Positions 41,252 to 49,675 of a DNA stretch of 64,000 bases are shown in pieces. A program made the position numbers and the translations under genes. The stretch is taken from the IMG/VR virus record IMGVR_UViG_3300023199_000204, positions 62,001 to 126,000 of that record, one strand, 5' to 3'. Each line of letters starts with the position of its first letter. Within the stretch, counting starts at the first letter, position 1. Below the pieces are notes generated by a model that was not told where the DNA came from, searched no databases, and was given only the letters and a program-made list of their open reading frames with translations.

Positions 41252-41274
41252 TTTTCTACTAATATTGCTATATT
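41252..41274 (+). promoter_or_regulatory. Putative phage-specific promoter motif, copy 2 (TTTTCTACTAATATTGCTATATT)
   Basis: 19/23 identical to 20855..20877; lies in a 72-bp gap 38 nt upstream of ATG 41312. Confidence 0.5.
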
Positions 41275-41311
41275 ATTTTGATATATAAAATATTAGTAAA
41301 AGGTGGATTAA

Positions 41312-41908
41312 ATGGGAAAATTTAGTATAGAATATATGATAAATCAAGCGGTTAGTGGAACAAGTGATATTCATTCTCACTTGTTAACTTTATTTGCATT
41401 GGCCTTAAATATCAAAGCAAAAGTTATAATTGAGTTAGGCGTTAGGGGAGGCGAAAGCACTATTCCATTGTTGTTAGCAGCACAAAAAAATGGTGGAAAA
41501 TTACACTCTGTTGATATAAAAGACCACGGTATAAGTTCAGTCCCTGAAAATTTAAAAAAGTTATGGAAGTTTTATAAAAGTGACGCCATAGAGTTTTTAA
41601 AAAACTGGAAAGTAAAGGCAGATTTGGTTTTTGTTGATGATTGGCACACTTATGATCACGTTAAAAAAGAATTAGAAATAATTGAAACTTTCATAACACC
41701 TTCTAGTTTAGTAATATTACACGATTCAATGTATTACAATTATGAGCCATATTATCATATGGATTTAAACGCAACTGGGCAATGGGCAGATGGAGGCCCT
41801 TATAGGGCTCTATCTGAGCTTGATAAAAATTCTTGGGAATTCTCTACTATACCTTCTTGTCACGGCTTAACCATTTTAAGAAAAAAGCCTAATAAGAAGT
41901 TTAAATAA
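41312..41908 (+). CDS. Class I SAM methyltransferase (Methyltransf_24-like)
   Basis: IELGVRGGEST, LHSVDI, LVFVDDWHTYDHV, ILHD. Confidence 0.85.
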   Translation: MGKFSIEYMINQAVSGTSDIHSHLLTLFALALNIKAKVIIELGVRGGESTIPLLLAAQKNGGKLHSVDIKDHGISSVPENLKKLWKFYKSDAIEFLKNWKVKADLVFVDDWHTYDHVKKELEIIETFITPSSLVILHDSMYYNYEPYYHMDLNATGQWADGGPYRALSELDKNSWEFSTIPSCHGLTILRKKPNKKFK

Positions 41909-42958
41909 ATGTCTTTTAAAAATATTTTAAAAAAACATAATGATTTGCCACAGGCTCAAAAAGTATTGTTTGTTCCTGTTAATACGCGACATAACGGAAT
42001 GCCGCAGGGCTTTGTAAATAATGGATTTCAGACATATTCTATAAACATTGATAATCCTAGGTTAGATAGAAACAAATATAAAGTTGAAGGTGGCATAAAA
42101 GAAATTGGAGAACTTCTTATAGAAACTTGTAAAAATTTACAACCTAATTGGGTACATATTCCTACCTCTAAACCAGGATTAATAGAGTTAAAAGATGTAA
42201 AAGAGGCAAAAAAAGTGTGTGGCGCAATTTTTACAAGCTGGGCAGGAGATGTTAGAGAAGAACCTTTACCATTTTTTATAGAACTTAGCGAAATAATTGA
42301 TTTTACATTTATCTCTAATGTTGGCCAACTTGATTTATATAGGAAAAATGGATGTAAAAACGTAGATTATTGGCAATACGGAGTGGATGTTAATAAGGCT
42401 AAGCCACTATCTACAAAAGAAAAAGATGTTCTTAAATCTAAATATAATCACGATATAGTATTTTGTGCTAACAGCTATGATGGGTTTCCTGGTTACTATA
42501 TAAGAAAAAGTATAGTTTCAGAAGTTTATAAAAAATATGGATCTAGATTTGCTATTTATGGCAACGGGTGGGATACAATAGCGAAAAATTCTTCAAAACC
42601 TAACATAAAATATTTTGAACAAAATAATGTTTATAATTCATCTAAAATTGTTTTAAGTATTAATAATTTCAATGATATTGAAATGTATTTTTCTGGAAGA
42701 CAGTTATTGGCAATGGCCTCAGGTACATTAACATTATCTCACTATATTCCTGGTTTAGAAAGATATTTTGAAAATGGCAAAGATCTTGTTTGGTTTAAAA
42801 CCGAAGATGAATGTATGAAGTTAATAGATTATTATTTAAATAATGAAGGCGAAGCTAAAAGAATAGGATTAAATGGAAGTGCTAAGGTTCTAAAAGAACA
42901 TTCATATGAAGCTAGAATAAAAGAGTTAGGTATAAAACTAGGATTTATAAATGAGTAG
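41909..42958 (+). CDS. CgeB-like GT-B glycosyltransferase
   Basis: SKIVLSIN....YFSGR.LLAMASG...PGLERYFENGKDLVWF...HSYEARI. Confidence 0.85.
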   Translation: MSFKNILKKHNDLPQAQKVLFVPVNTRHNGMPQGFVNNGFQTYSINIDNPRLDRNKYKVEGGIKEIGELLIETCKNLQPNWVHIPTSKPGLIELKDVKEAKKVCGAIFTSWAGDVREEPLPFFIELSEIIDFTFISNVGQLDLYRKNGCKNVDYWQYGVDVNKAKPLSTKEKDVLKSKYNHDIVFCANSYDGFPGYYIRKSIVSEVYKKYGSRFAIYGNGWDTIAKNSSKPNIKYFEQNNVYNSSKIVLSINNFNDIEMYFSGRQLLAMASGTLTLSHYIPGLERYFENGKDLVWFKTEDECMKLIDYYLNNEGEAKRIGLNGSAKVLKEHSYEARIKELGIKLGFINE

Positions 42959-43712
42959 TAAATATAAACTAAATCCAAAAATTGAAGAAATTTTAACTGA
43001 TAAAAGAGTGGCTTTGGTGGGGCCATCCCCATATCTTATTGGAAGTGGAATGTCTAAAATAATAGATAGCTTTGATGTTGTATGTAGGATTAGAGATATA
43101 CTTCCAAAAAAAGATTTTAGAAATGATCTAGGAACACGAACAGATGTAATTTTTTATAACTGTGCGACTATAAGTGTGCCTCATTATAAAAAGCGTCTTA
43201 AAGAAGCCGAATCTGTTCTCAAAGATATTAAGATGATGATATGCCCTGTGGCTAAGGGGCTTGGTTCTGATGATTGGAAATCTTGGCCTGATGATTTTAT
43301 AGCACCAGTGGTTAAAAACTTTGCTAATGTTAATAAATATAACATTCCGTTTCATTGGATAGGTATTCCAAACTATAGAATATTATATAATGAGGTTGGT
43401 GTGGAGCCAAACACTGGAACTTTAGCTATTAAGGTGCTTTTGAAATATAAAGTAAAAGAGCTTTTTATAACAGGATTTAGTTTCTATGCTGAAGGATCTA
43501 CAGTTTCAAAAGTATACTATCCAGGATATTTGTTAAATGGGTTTGAGCCAAATCCAAAGACCTGGAGCCCTCATAAAGGTCATAATCAAGATATACAAAA
43601 AAAGCATTTTATAAACAATATTTTACCAAGCACTTCAACAAAAGTGATAGTTGATTCTTATTTAAACAACCTATTAAGTCTAAATCACAAAGAAGTAATA
43701 AAAATAAAATGA
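42951..43712 (+). CDS. GT29 (eukaryote-type) sialyltransferase-like protein
   Basis: L-motif-like RVALVGPSPYLIGSGMSKIIDSFDVVCRI...DLGTRTD; S-motif-like PNTGTLAIKVLL....ELFITGFSFY; VS-like GHNQ; next to NeuA/NeuB. Confidence 0.7.
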   Translation: MSSKYKLNPKIEEILTDKRVALVGPSPYLIGSGMSKIIDSFDVVCRIRDILPKKDFRNDLGTRTDVIFYNCATISVPHYKKRLKEAESVLKDIKMMICPVAKGLGSDDWKSWPDDFIAPVVKNFANVNKYNIPFHWIGIPNYRILYNEVGVEPNTGTLAIKVLLKYKVKELFITGFSFYAEGSTVSKVYYPGYLLNGFEPNPKTWSPHKGHNQDIQKKHFINNILPSTSTKVIVDSYLNNLLSLNHKEVIKIK

Positions 43713-44398
43713 AGTTATTAGCTATAATCCCTGCTCGTGGGGCAAGTAAAAGTATAAAGAAAAAAAATATAATAGATTTAAATGGAAACCCATTATTATC
43801 ATATACAATACGTTTTTGTCAAAAGTCCAAAGTAATTAAAAATTGTTATGTATCTACAGAAGATGAAGAAATTAAGGCGGTAGCTCAAAAATATAAAGCA
43901 GCCGTAATAGATAGACCACATAAATATTCTATGGATAATTCTACAGATTATGGCTTTTTAAGCCATTTTTTTAGTATAATTCAATGTGATGAAGTTGCTC
44001 TTATGAGACCAACGACTCCAATTAGAAATTTGGAGTTTGTAGAAAAGGCAGTTAAAAAATATTTTGATATTAAAGACGATATAACTGGGTTTAGAAGTGT
44101 TAATGAAATTAATGAAACTCCTTATAAAGTATTTAAAATAAATAAAAGTGGTATATGCGAAGGATTTTTTGATAATTTTAATAACATAAGTGATTATTCA
44201 AATTTACCCAGACAAAGTTTTCCAAAAACATATAAGCCCAACGGACATATAGATATAGTTAAAAAATTAACTCTAGAGTCTGGTAGTATTTTTGGTAATA
44301 GAATTTATGGTTTCATAGGTAGCAGAATTACAGATATAGATAGTATTGAAGACTTAGAATTCGCAAAATATGAAATAAGTCTAAAGGAGAATAAATGA
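43709..44398 (+). CDS. neuA: CMP-nonulosonate (acylneuraminate) cytidylyltransferase
   Basis: IIPARGASKSIKKKNI..LNGNPLLSY, VSTEDEEI, RPTTP, DIDSIEDL. Confidence 0.93.
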   Translation: MKLLAIIPARGASKSIKKKNIIDLNGNPLLSYTIRFCQKSKVIKNCYVSTEDEEIKAVAQKYKAAVIDRPHKYSMDNSTDYGFLSHFFSIIQCDEVALMRPTTPIRNLEFVEKAVKKYFDIKDDITGFRSVNEINETPYKVFKINKSGICEGFFDNFNNISDYSNLPRQSFPKTYKPNGHIDIVKKLTLESGSIFGNRIYGFIGSRITDIDSIEDLEFAKYEISLKENK

Positions 44399-45231
44399 GT
44401 GTTTTTATTATAGGAGAGATAGGTATTAATCATAATGGATGTATAGATACAGCTTTAGATTTAATAAAAAAGGCTTCAGTCGCTGGATGCGATGCGGTTA
44501 AGTTTCAAAAAAGAACGGTAGATGTAGTGTACTCTAAAGAAGATCTGGATCGGCCTAGAGAGTCGCCTTGGGGAACAACAAATCGGGAACAAAAATACGG
44601 GTTAGAGTTCGGAGAGGAAGAGTATAATAAAATTGATAGTTTTTGTAAAAAGATGAAAATAGAATGGTTTGCTTCCTCTTGGGATGTAAAATCTCAATTA
44701 TTTTTACAAAAATATTCTTTAAACTATAATAAAATTGCTTCTGCTATGTTGACAAATAGAGAGTTGTTGAAAATCGTAGCAGCAGAGAAGAAACATACAT
44801 TTATTTCTACTGGAATGTCTAGTATGGAGCAAATAGATAAGGCTCAGCAAATATTTTTGAAAAATGGATGCCCATATGAATTAATGCATACCACTAGTGT
44901 TTATCCAATGGATCCAGAGGACGCAAATCTAAAAATGATAGAGACTTTACAAAAGAAATTTAATGTGCCAGTAGGTTATTCTGGACACGAGGTTGGTATT
45001 GCTATTAGTTGTGCTGCTGCTGCTCTTGGAGCAACCTCTATTGAGAGGCACATAACATTAGATAGATCTATGTATGGTTCTGATCAGAGTGCATCTTTAG
45101 AAATAGCAGGTCTAGAAAAGCTAGTTAAGTACATAAGAGCAATTGAAAAAGCTATGGGTGACGGAGTTAAAAAAACTACAGATAAAGAGCTTGAAGTTGC
45201 TAAAAAGTTACGGCGGGTAAATACTTTATAA
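44395..45231 (+). CDS. neuB: N-acetylneuraminate synthase family (PEP-dependent), lacking the C-terminal SAF domain
   Basis: IIGEIGINHNG, DAVKFQ, KIASA, ISTGMS, MHTTSVYP, VGYSGHE, IERHITLD, DQSASL; ends at 278 aa. Confidence 0.92.
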   Translation: MSVFIIGEIGINHNGCIDTALDLIKKASVAGCDAVKFQKRTVDVVYSKEDLDRPRESPWGTTNREQKYGLEFGEEEYNKIDSFCKKMKIEWFASSWDVKSQLFLQKYSLNYNKIASAMLTNRELLKIVAAEKKHTFISTGMSSMEQIDKAQQIFLKNGCPYELMHTTSVYPMDPEDANLKMIETLQKKFNVPVGYSGHEVGIAISCAAAALGATSIERHITLDRSMYGSDQSASLEIAGLEKLVKYIRAIEKAMGDGVKKTTDKELEVAKKLRRVNTL

Positions 45232-45668
45232 TGGCATCTATAAGACATATAGGAATTACCGTTAGTAATTTATCAAAATCTTTAAATTTTTATGAAAGCT
45301 ACTTTGGTTTTAAAATTCAAAGAAAAATGGAAGAATCTGGTGAAGTTCTTGATAATTTTTCCGCATTAAAAAATGTAGAAGTAATAACAGTAAAGCTTAG
45401 TGATAATAAGGAGCAGCTTTTAGAACTTCTTTGTTATAAATCTCACCCTAATAATAAAGTTGAGTTAAATTTGAAAAGACAAATTTGTTATGTAGGTTGC
45501 TCACATTTTGCTTTAACTGTAGATGATTTAGATGAGATATATAATAAAATGTGCGAAAACGGGATTATATTTAATTACCCTCCTCAAATTTCATCAGATA
45601 ATAAGGTAAAGATTGCTTTTTGTAAGGATCCAGATGGAGTTTTAATAGAATTGGTTGAGGAACTATGA
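45231..45668 (+). CDS. VOC/glyoxalase-fold protein
   Basis: IRHIGITVSNLSKSLNFY, SHFALTVDDL, DPDGVLIELVE. Confidence 0.9.
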   Translation: MASIRHIGITVSNLSKSLNFYESYFGFKIQRKMEESGEVLDNFSALKNVEVITVKLSDNKEQLLELLCYKSHPNNKVELNLKRQICYVGCSHFALTVDDLDEIYNKMCENGIIFNYPPQISSDNKVKIAFCKDPDGVLIELVEEL

Positions 45669-46351
45669 GTATATTAAAAAATAAAAGGGTATTAATAACT
45701 GGAGCATCTAGTGGCCTGGGATATGAATTAGCAAAGGAATTATGTCATAAAAACTGTGATTTGTTTTTAACTGGAAGGAGTTGTTTAAAAAATATTCCAA
45801 AAGACATATATAGTTTATATTTCCCTTGCGATTTAACAGATTCTACTAAACTAGCTGAATTAATCAAAGAATGTAAAAAGAAGCTAGGTGGAATAGATAT
45901 CCTAATTAATTCTGCCGGAACATTCTCTATTTCAGAAAATGAAAATCTAGAAGATTTAGAATATAATCTAGAGCTAAATGTTATTGTTCCATTTAAACTA
46001 TACAAGGCGTTTATAGATGATATGATTGAAAATAAATGGGGAAGAATAGTTAATATAGGGTCATCTTCTTGCTATAAAGGATCAAAAGATACTTTAACAT
46101 ATTGTACATCGAAACACGCCTTGTTAGGTTTTACTAGATCTTTATATGATAGACATAGAAATGATGATATTAAGGTTTTTTGTATTTCTCCAGGATCTAT
46201 GAAAACTAAAATGGCACAAATTGACCACAGGCAAGACTTTAGTACTTTTTTAGATCCTAAAGAAGTTGCTAAATACATATCTTTTGTTTTGGAGTTTAAT
46301 TCAAACTTAATTTCTGAAGAATTAAGATTAAATAGGATGGTAGTTAAATAA
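45665..46351 (+). CDS. SDR oxidoreductase
   Basis: TGASSGLG, DILINSAG, YCTSK. Confidence 0.9.
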   Translation: MSILKNKRVLITGASSGLGYELAKELCHKNCDLFLTGRSCLKNIPKDIYSLYFPCDLTDSTKLAELIKECKKKLGGIDILINSAGTFSISENENLEDLEYNLELNVIVPFKLYKAFIDDMIENKWGRIVNIGSSSCYKGSKDTLTYCTSKHALLGFTRSLYDRHRNDDIKVFCISPGSMKTKMAQIDHRQDFSTFLDPKEVAKYISFVLEFNSNLISEELRLNRMVVK

Positions 46352-46352
46352 T

Positions 46353-47042
46353 ATGACAAAATACACTGAAGTAATATATCCTGAAGACAAAGGTAATACT
46401 TATCCAGATAAATATTTTAAACATATATGTGAAAATTATTTACTTAAAGATTTATATAACAAAAAGATTTTAGATATAGGGTGTGGAAAAGGCACAGCTA
46501 TGAATTATTTTTCAAAATATGGTCTTAATTCATTTGGAATTGATTGCCGAGATGAGGGTTTAGATAATTTTAAACTATGTAATATAGAAAATGAATCAAT
46601 TCCTTACCCAGACAATACTTTTGATATAGTATATAGTAAATCAGTAATAGAGCACGTTATTAATTCTGATAATTTTATTGATCAATCAATAAGAGTTTTA
46701 AAGCCTGGTGGTCTTTTCATATGTTTAACCCCTGACTGGGGATCACAATATAAATATTTTTGGGACGATTACACTCACGTAAAACCATTTACCAGGAAAT
46801 CATTACAAAATTTACTTTTAATTAAGAATTGCGTTGATGTTGAATGTAACTATTTTTATCAACTTCCTTTTTTATGGAAATATCCTAGGCTGGTGTTTAT
46901 ATCAAAAGTCATATCATTTTTATTTCCAGATGATTTGAAATGGAAAACAAAAGCACAAAGAAATACCGAAGATAGAAAGTTAATTAGATTTTCCAAAGAA
47001 AAAATGCTATTGGCTAGGGGATTTAAAGCAAATTATGAATAA
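46353..47042 (+). CDS. Class I SAM methyltransferase
   Basis: ILDIGCGKG, PYPDNTFD, VIEHV, RVLKPGG. Confidence 0.9.
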   Translation: MTKYTEVIYPEDKGNTYPDKYFKHICENYLLKDLYNKKILDIGCGKGTAMNYFSKYGLNSFGIDCRDEGLDNFKLCNIENESIPYPDNTFDIVYSKSVIEHVINSDNFIDQSIRVLKPGGLFICLTPDWGSQYKYFWDDYTHVKPFTRKSLQNLLLIKNCVDVECNYFYQLPFLWKYPRLVFISKVISFLFPDDLKWKTKAQRNTEDRKLIRFSKEKMLLARGFKANYE

Positions 47043-47757
47043 CTTATTTTCTGTAAAAGACAAGGTCGTAATTATTACTGGCGGTGCGAGAGGAAACGGT
47101 TTAGCATTAACAGAAGGTTTTAGGGCTCACGGAGCTATAGTTTACTCCTGTGATATTTTAAATAAAAATAAAAAAGATCCTAATCATTTTATTTTTAATA
47201 TAAAAGACGTATATAGTCTAGCAAAATTTGTTGATCAAGTATATGAAAATGAAAAACACATAGATGTATTAATTAATAATGCTGGCGTTACAAATAGCGG
47301 ATATACCGATAGTGCTTGGGATGAAACTTATCAAATAAACTTAAAATCACTTTTTAATATTACTAGATTGTGCTTAAAATATATGGTTCAAAAAACCCGA
47401 GGCTCTATAATAAATATTACTAGTTTAAACGCAGAGGTTTCTTTTCCAAATAATCCTTCCTATATAGCTACAAAGGGAGCTATTAAGCAGCTTACCAAAG
47501 CAATTGCCAGAGATTATGGCAAATATAATATACGGGCAAATAATTTAGGTCCAGGCTATATCATTACAGATATGACGGCAACCAGTTATAAAAACGAGGA
47601 AATTAGGACTAATAGGGCTAATAGAACAATGCTTGGAAGATGGGGTTGTTCAGAAGATTTGGTTGGTCCGGCAATATTCTTAGCTTCTAGGGCCTCTTCT
47701 TATATTACTGGAGAAGACATATATGTAGATGGCGGATGGCTAGCGAAGGGAGAATAA
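47035..47757 (+). CDS. SDR oxidoreductase
   Basis: TGGARGNG, DVLINNAG, YIATK, NNLGPG, VDGGW. Confidence 0.9.
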   Translation: MNNLFSVKDKVVIITGGARGNGLALTEGFRAHGAIVYSCDILNKNKKDPNHFIFNIKDVYSLAKFVDQVYENEKHIDVLINNAGVTNSGYTDSAWDETYQINLKSLFNITRLCLKYMVQKTRGSIINITSLNAEVSFPNNPSYIATKGAIKQLTKAIARDYGKYNIRANNLGPGYIITDMTATSYKNEEIRTNRANRTMLGRWGCSEDLVGPAIFLASRASSYITGEDIYVDGGWLAKGE

Positions 47758-48374
47758 ATTTGAAAGATTTTAAAAAATATATAAAAGCTCATATTAAAAA
47801 TAGTTTGTCAATACTAAATAAGGTTAAAAAAGAATGTAATAAAGATATATGTAAAGCTATAGATATAATCCTTAATTCATTATTAGCGGGGAACAAATTA
47901 ATGTTATGTGGAAATGGTGGAAGTGCCGCTGATTGTCAACATATGGCTGCTGAATTCATAAGCTCATTCTCTAAAAATATAAATAGAAAGGGTATTCCTG
48001 CAATAGCATTAACAACAGATACTTCAATTTTAACGGCATATTCTAATGATTTTGGATATGATGGTGTTTTTAAAAGACAAGTTGAAACTTTAGGAAAACC
48101 AGGTGATGTTTTGTTAGGAATAAGTACCAGTGGAAACTCAAAAAATATCATTCTAGCTTTGGAGGCTGCGTCTAACATTGGGATTAAAAGAATATCACTT
48201 ACTGGAAAAGATGGAGGCTTGGTTAAAAATGTTTCAGAAGTATGTATAAAAGTCCCTAGTTCGGACACTATGTATATACAAGAATGTCATTTAACAATAG
48301 AACATATAATATGTGCTATGGTTGAAGAGAAAATAGTAAATAATAAAAATTTTCTTATCAAGGGAGTTATATAA
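47736..48374 (+). CDS. gmhA: GmhA-like SIS-domain sugar-phosphate isomerase
   Basis: CGNGGSAADCQHMAAE, TAYSND, STSGNSKN, IQECH; alternative TTG start at 47760. Confidence 0.88.
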   Translation: MASEGRINLKDFKKYIKAHIKNSLSILNKVKKECNKDICKAIDIILNSLLAGNKLMLCGNGGSAADCQHMAAEFISSFSKNINRKGIPAIALTTDTSILTAYSNDFGYDGVFKRQVETLGKPGDVLLGISTSGNSKNIILALEAASNIGIKRISLTGKDGGLVKNVSEVCIKVPSSDTMYIQECHLTIEHIICAMVEEKIVNNKNFLIKGVI

Positions 48375-48442
48375 TGAAAGTTAATAAAGACTATACTTGG
48401 AGAGATCTTAAGGTTATTGTAAAACACGAAATATGGAGTTAA
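48374..48442 (+). pseudogene. 22-aa stub repeating the C-terminus of GT2 40373..41239 (direct repeat copy 2)
   Basis: MKVNKDYTWRDLKVIVKHEIWS* vs ...VNKDHTWGDTKVIVKHETW*; TAATG-coupled to the upstream gene. Confidence 0.88.
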
Positions 48443-48445
48443 ATA

Positions 48446-49675
48446 ATGCACGAGAAAAAATGTTCTAAATGTAAAAATATATTAGATTTTTCTAATTTTA
48501 GTAAAAGTACATCTCGTGGGGGTGATAAATTTAGTCTTAGCTATTATTGTAAATCTTGTGTAAGTGAATATAATAAAGAAAAAAATGTTTATAAAAACTA
48601 TTATATAAAAAATAAAAAGGCATGCTTAGAAAAGTGTAAAAGATGGAGAGAAAAAAATATAGAGTATAGGAGAGAATACGATAGAGAATATAGTAAAAAA
48701 AATATAAAGAAAAAGCTAGCATATAAAAAAAAAAAGTATAGAGAAGATGAAACATATCGGCTCAAAGAAAATCTACGCTCTTCCCTGCAGCGTGCTTTTA
48801 AAACTCAAAATACACAAAAAATGTTTTTATCTAAAACTTATGGAATAAATTATGATGAAATAATTAATTATCTTGGACCAAAACCAGAGAGTAATTATGA
48901 AATAGACCATATATTACCTTGTTCATCTTTTAATCATAATAACCCTATGGAAATATGGATGTGTTGGAATAAAGACAATTTTCAATGGCTTCCATTAACA
49001 GAAAATCGTAGGAAAAATAACTACTATAATGATGAATATTATTTAAAATATTATAAAGAAAAAGCAAATATATATGTAAAAAATAATTTTGAGAACTTAA
49101 CTTCTAAATTACATTTAGGATGCAGCAATGTATATTTAGAAAATTATCTAAATATAGACATCAATCCAACATATTATTCTGGTTTTGTAGAGCAAAATTT
49201 TATTGAAAATGTTAAAACTAATTTTAATAATTATTATAGATATGATTTTTGTAAAGGTCCAGAATATTCAGTGGTAGATGTTGGGGCAGACATTAGCAAA
49301 CATATTCCCATTGATAGTAATACTTGTGATGAAGTTGTGATGCTTCACGTTTTGGAACATTTTCCTAAATATGTTGTAGGAAATGTTTTAGATGAAATAA
49401 ACAGAGTTTTAAAATATGGTGGGGTATTTGTTGTAGGAGTTCCAGATATTATTGAAACTTCAAAATTACTTTTAAAAGCGTCTACTCCCGAGGAAGAAAA
49501 CTGGGCATTAAGGCTAATTGATGGTTCCCAACGTAATGAATGGAGTCATCATTTTATGAGTTTCAGTAAAAAGAGTTTAATTAGATTATTAGAAGAACAC
49601 GGGTTTGGAGAGTTTGAAGATTTACCTAATATAAACTTTTATCCTGCTGTTCATTTGAAAGCAAGGAAGTTATAA
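48446..49675 (+). CDS. In-frame fusion of HNH homing endonuclease and class I methyltransferase
   Basis: N-terminal CSKC..CKSC and YEIDHILP..NFQWL..EN; C-terminal KLHLGCS..NIDI, HVLEH, RVLKYGG; no stop between the domains. Confidence 0.85.
   Translation: MHEKKCSKCKNILDFSNFSKSTSRGGDKFSLSYYCKSCVSEYNKEKNVYKNYYIKNKKACLEKCKRWREKNIEYRREYDREYSKKNIKKKLAYKKKKYREDETYRLKENLRSSLQRAFKTQNTQKMFLSKTYGINYDEIINYLGPKPESNYEIDHILPCSSFNHNNPMEIWMCWNKDNFQWLPLTENRRKNNYYNDEYYLKYYKEKANIYVKNNFENLTSKLHLGCSNVYLENYLNIDINPTYYSGFVEQNFIENVKTNFNNYYRYDFCKGPEYSVVDVGADISKHIPIDSNTCDEVVMLHVLEHFPKYVVGNVLDEINRVLKYGGVFVVGVPDIIETSKLLLKASTPEEENWALRLIDGSQRNEWSHHFMSFSKKSLIRLLEEHGFGEFEDLPNINFYPAVHLKARKL

Noticed and set aside
48446-49675. 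Fused restriction-modification enzyme
   Set aside because: The MTase has no DNA-MTase catalytic motif (DPPY/NPPY/PC) and resembles small-molecule/glycan methyltransferases.
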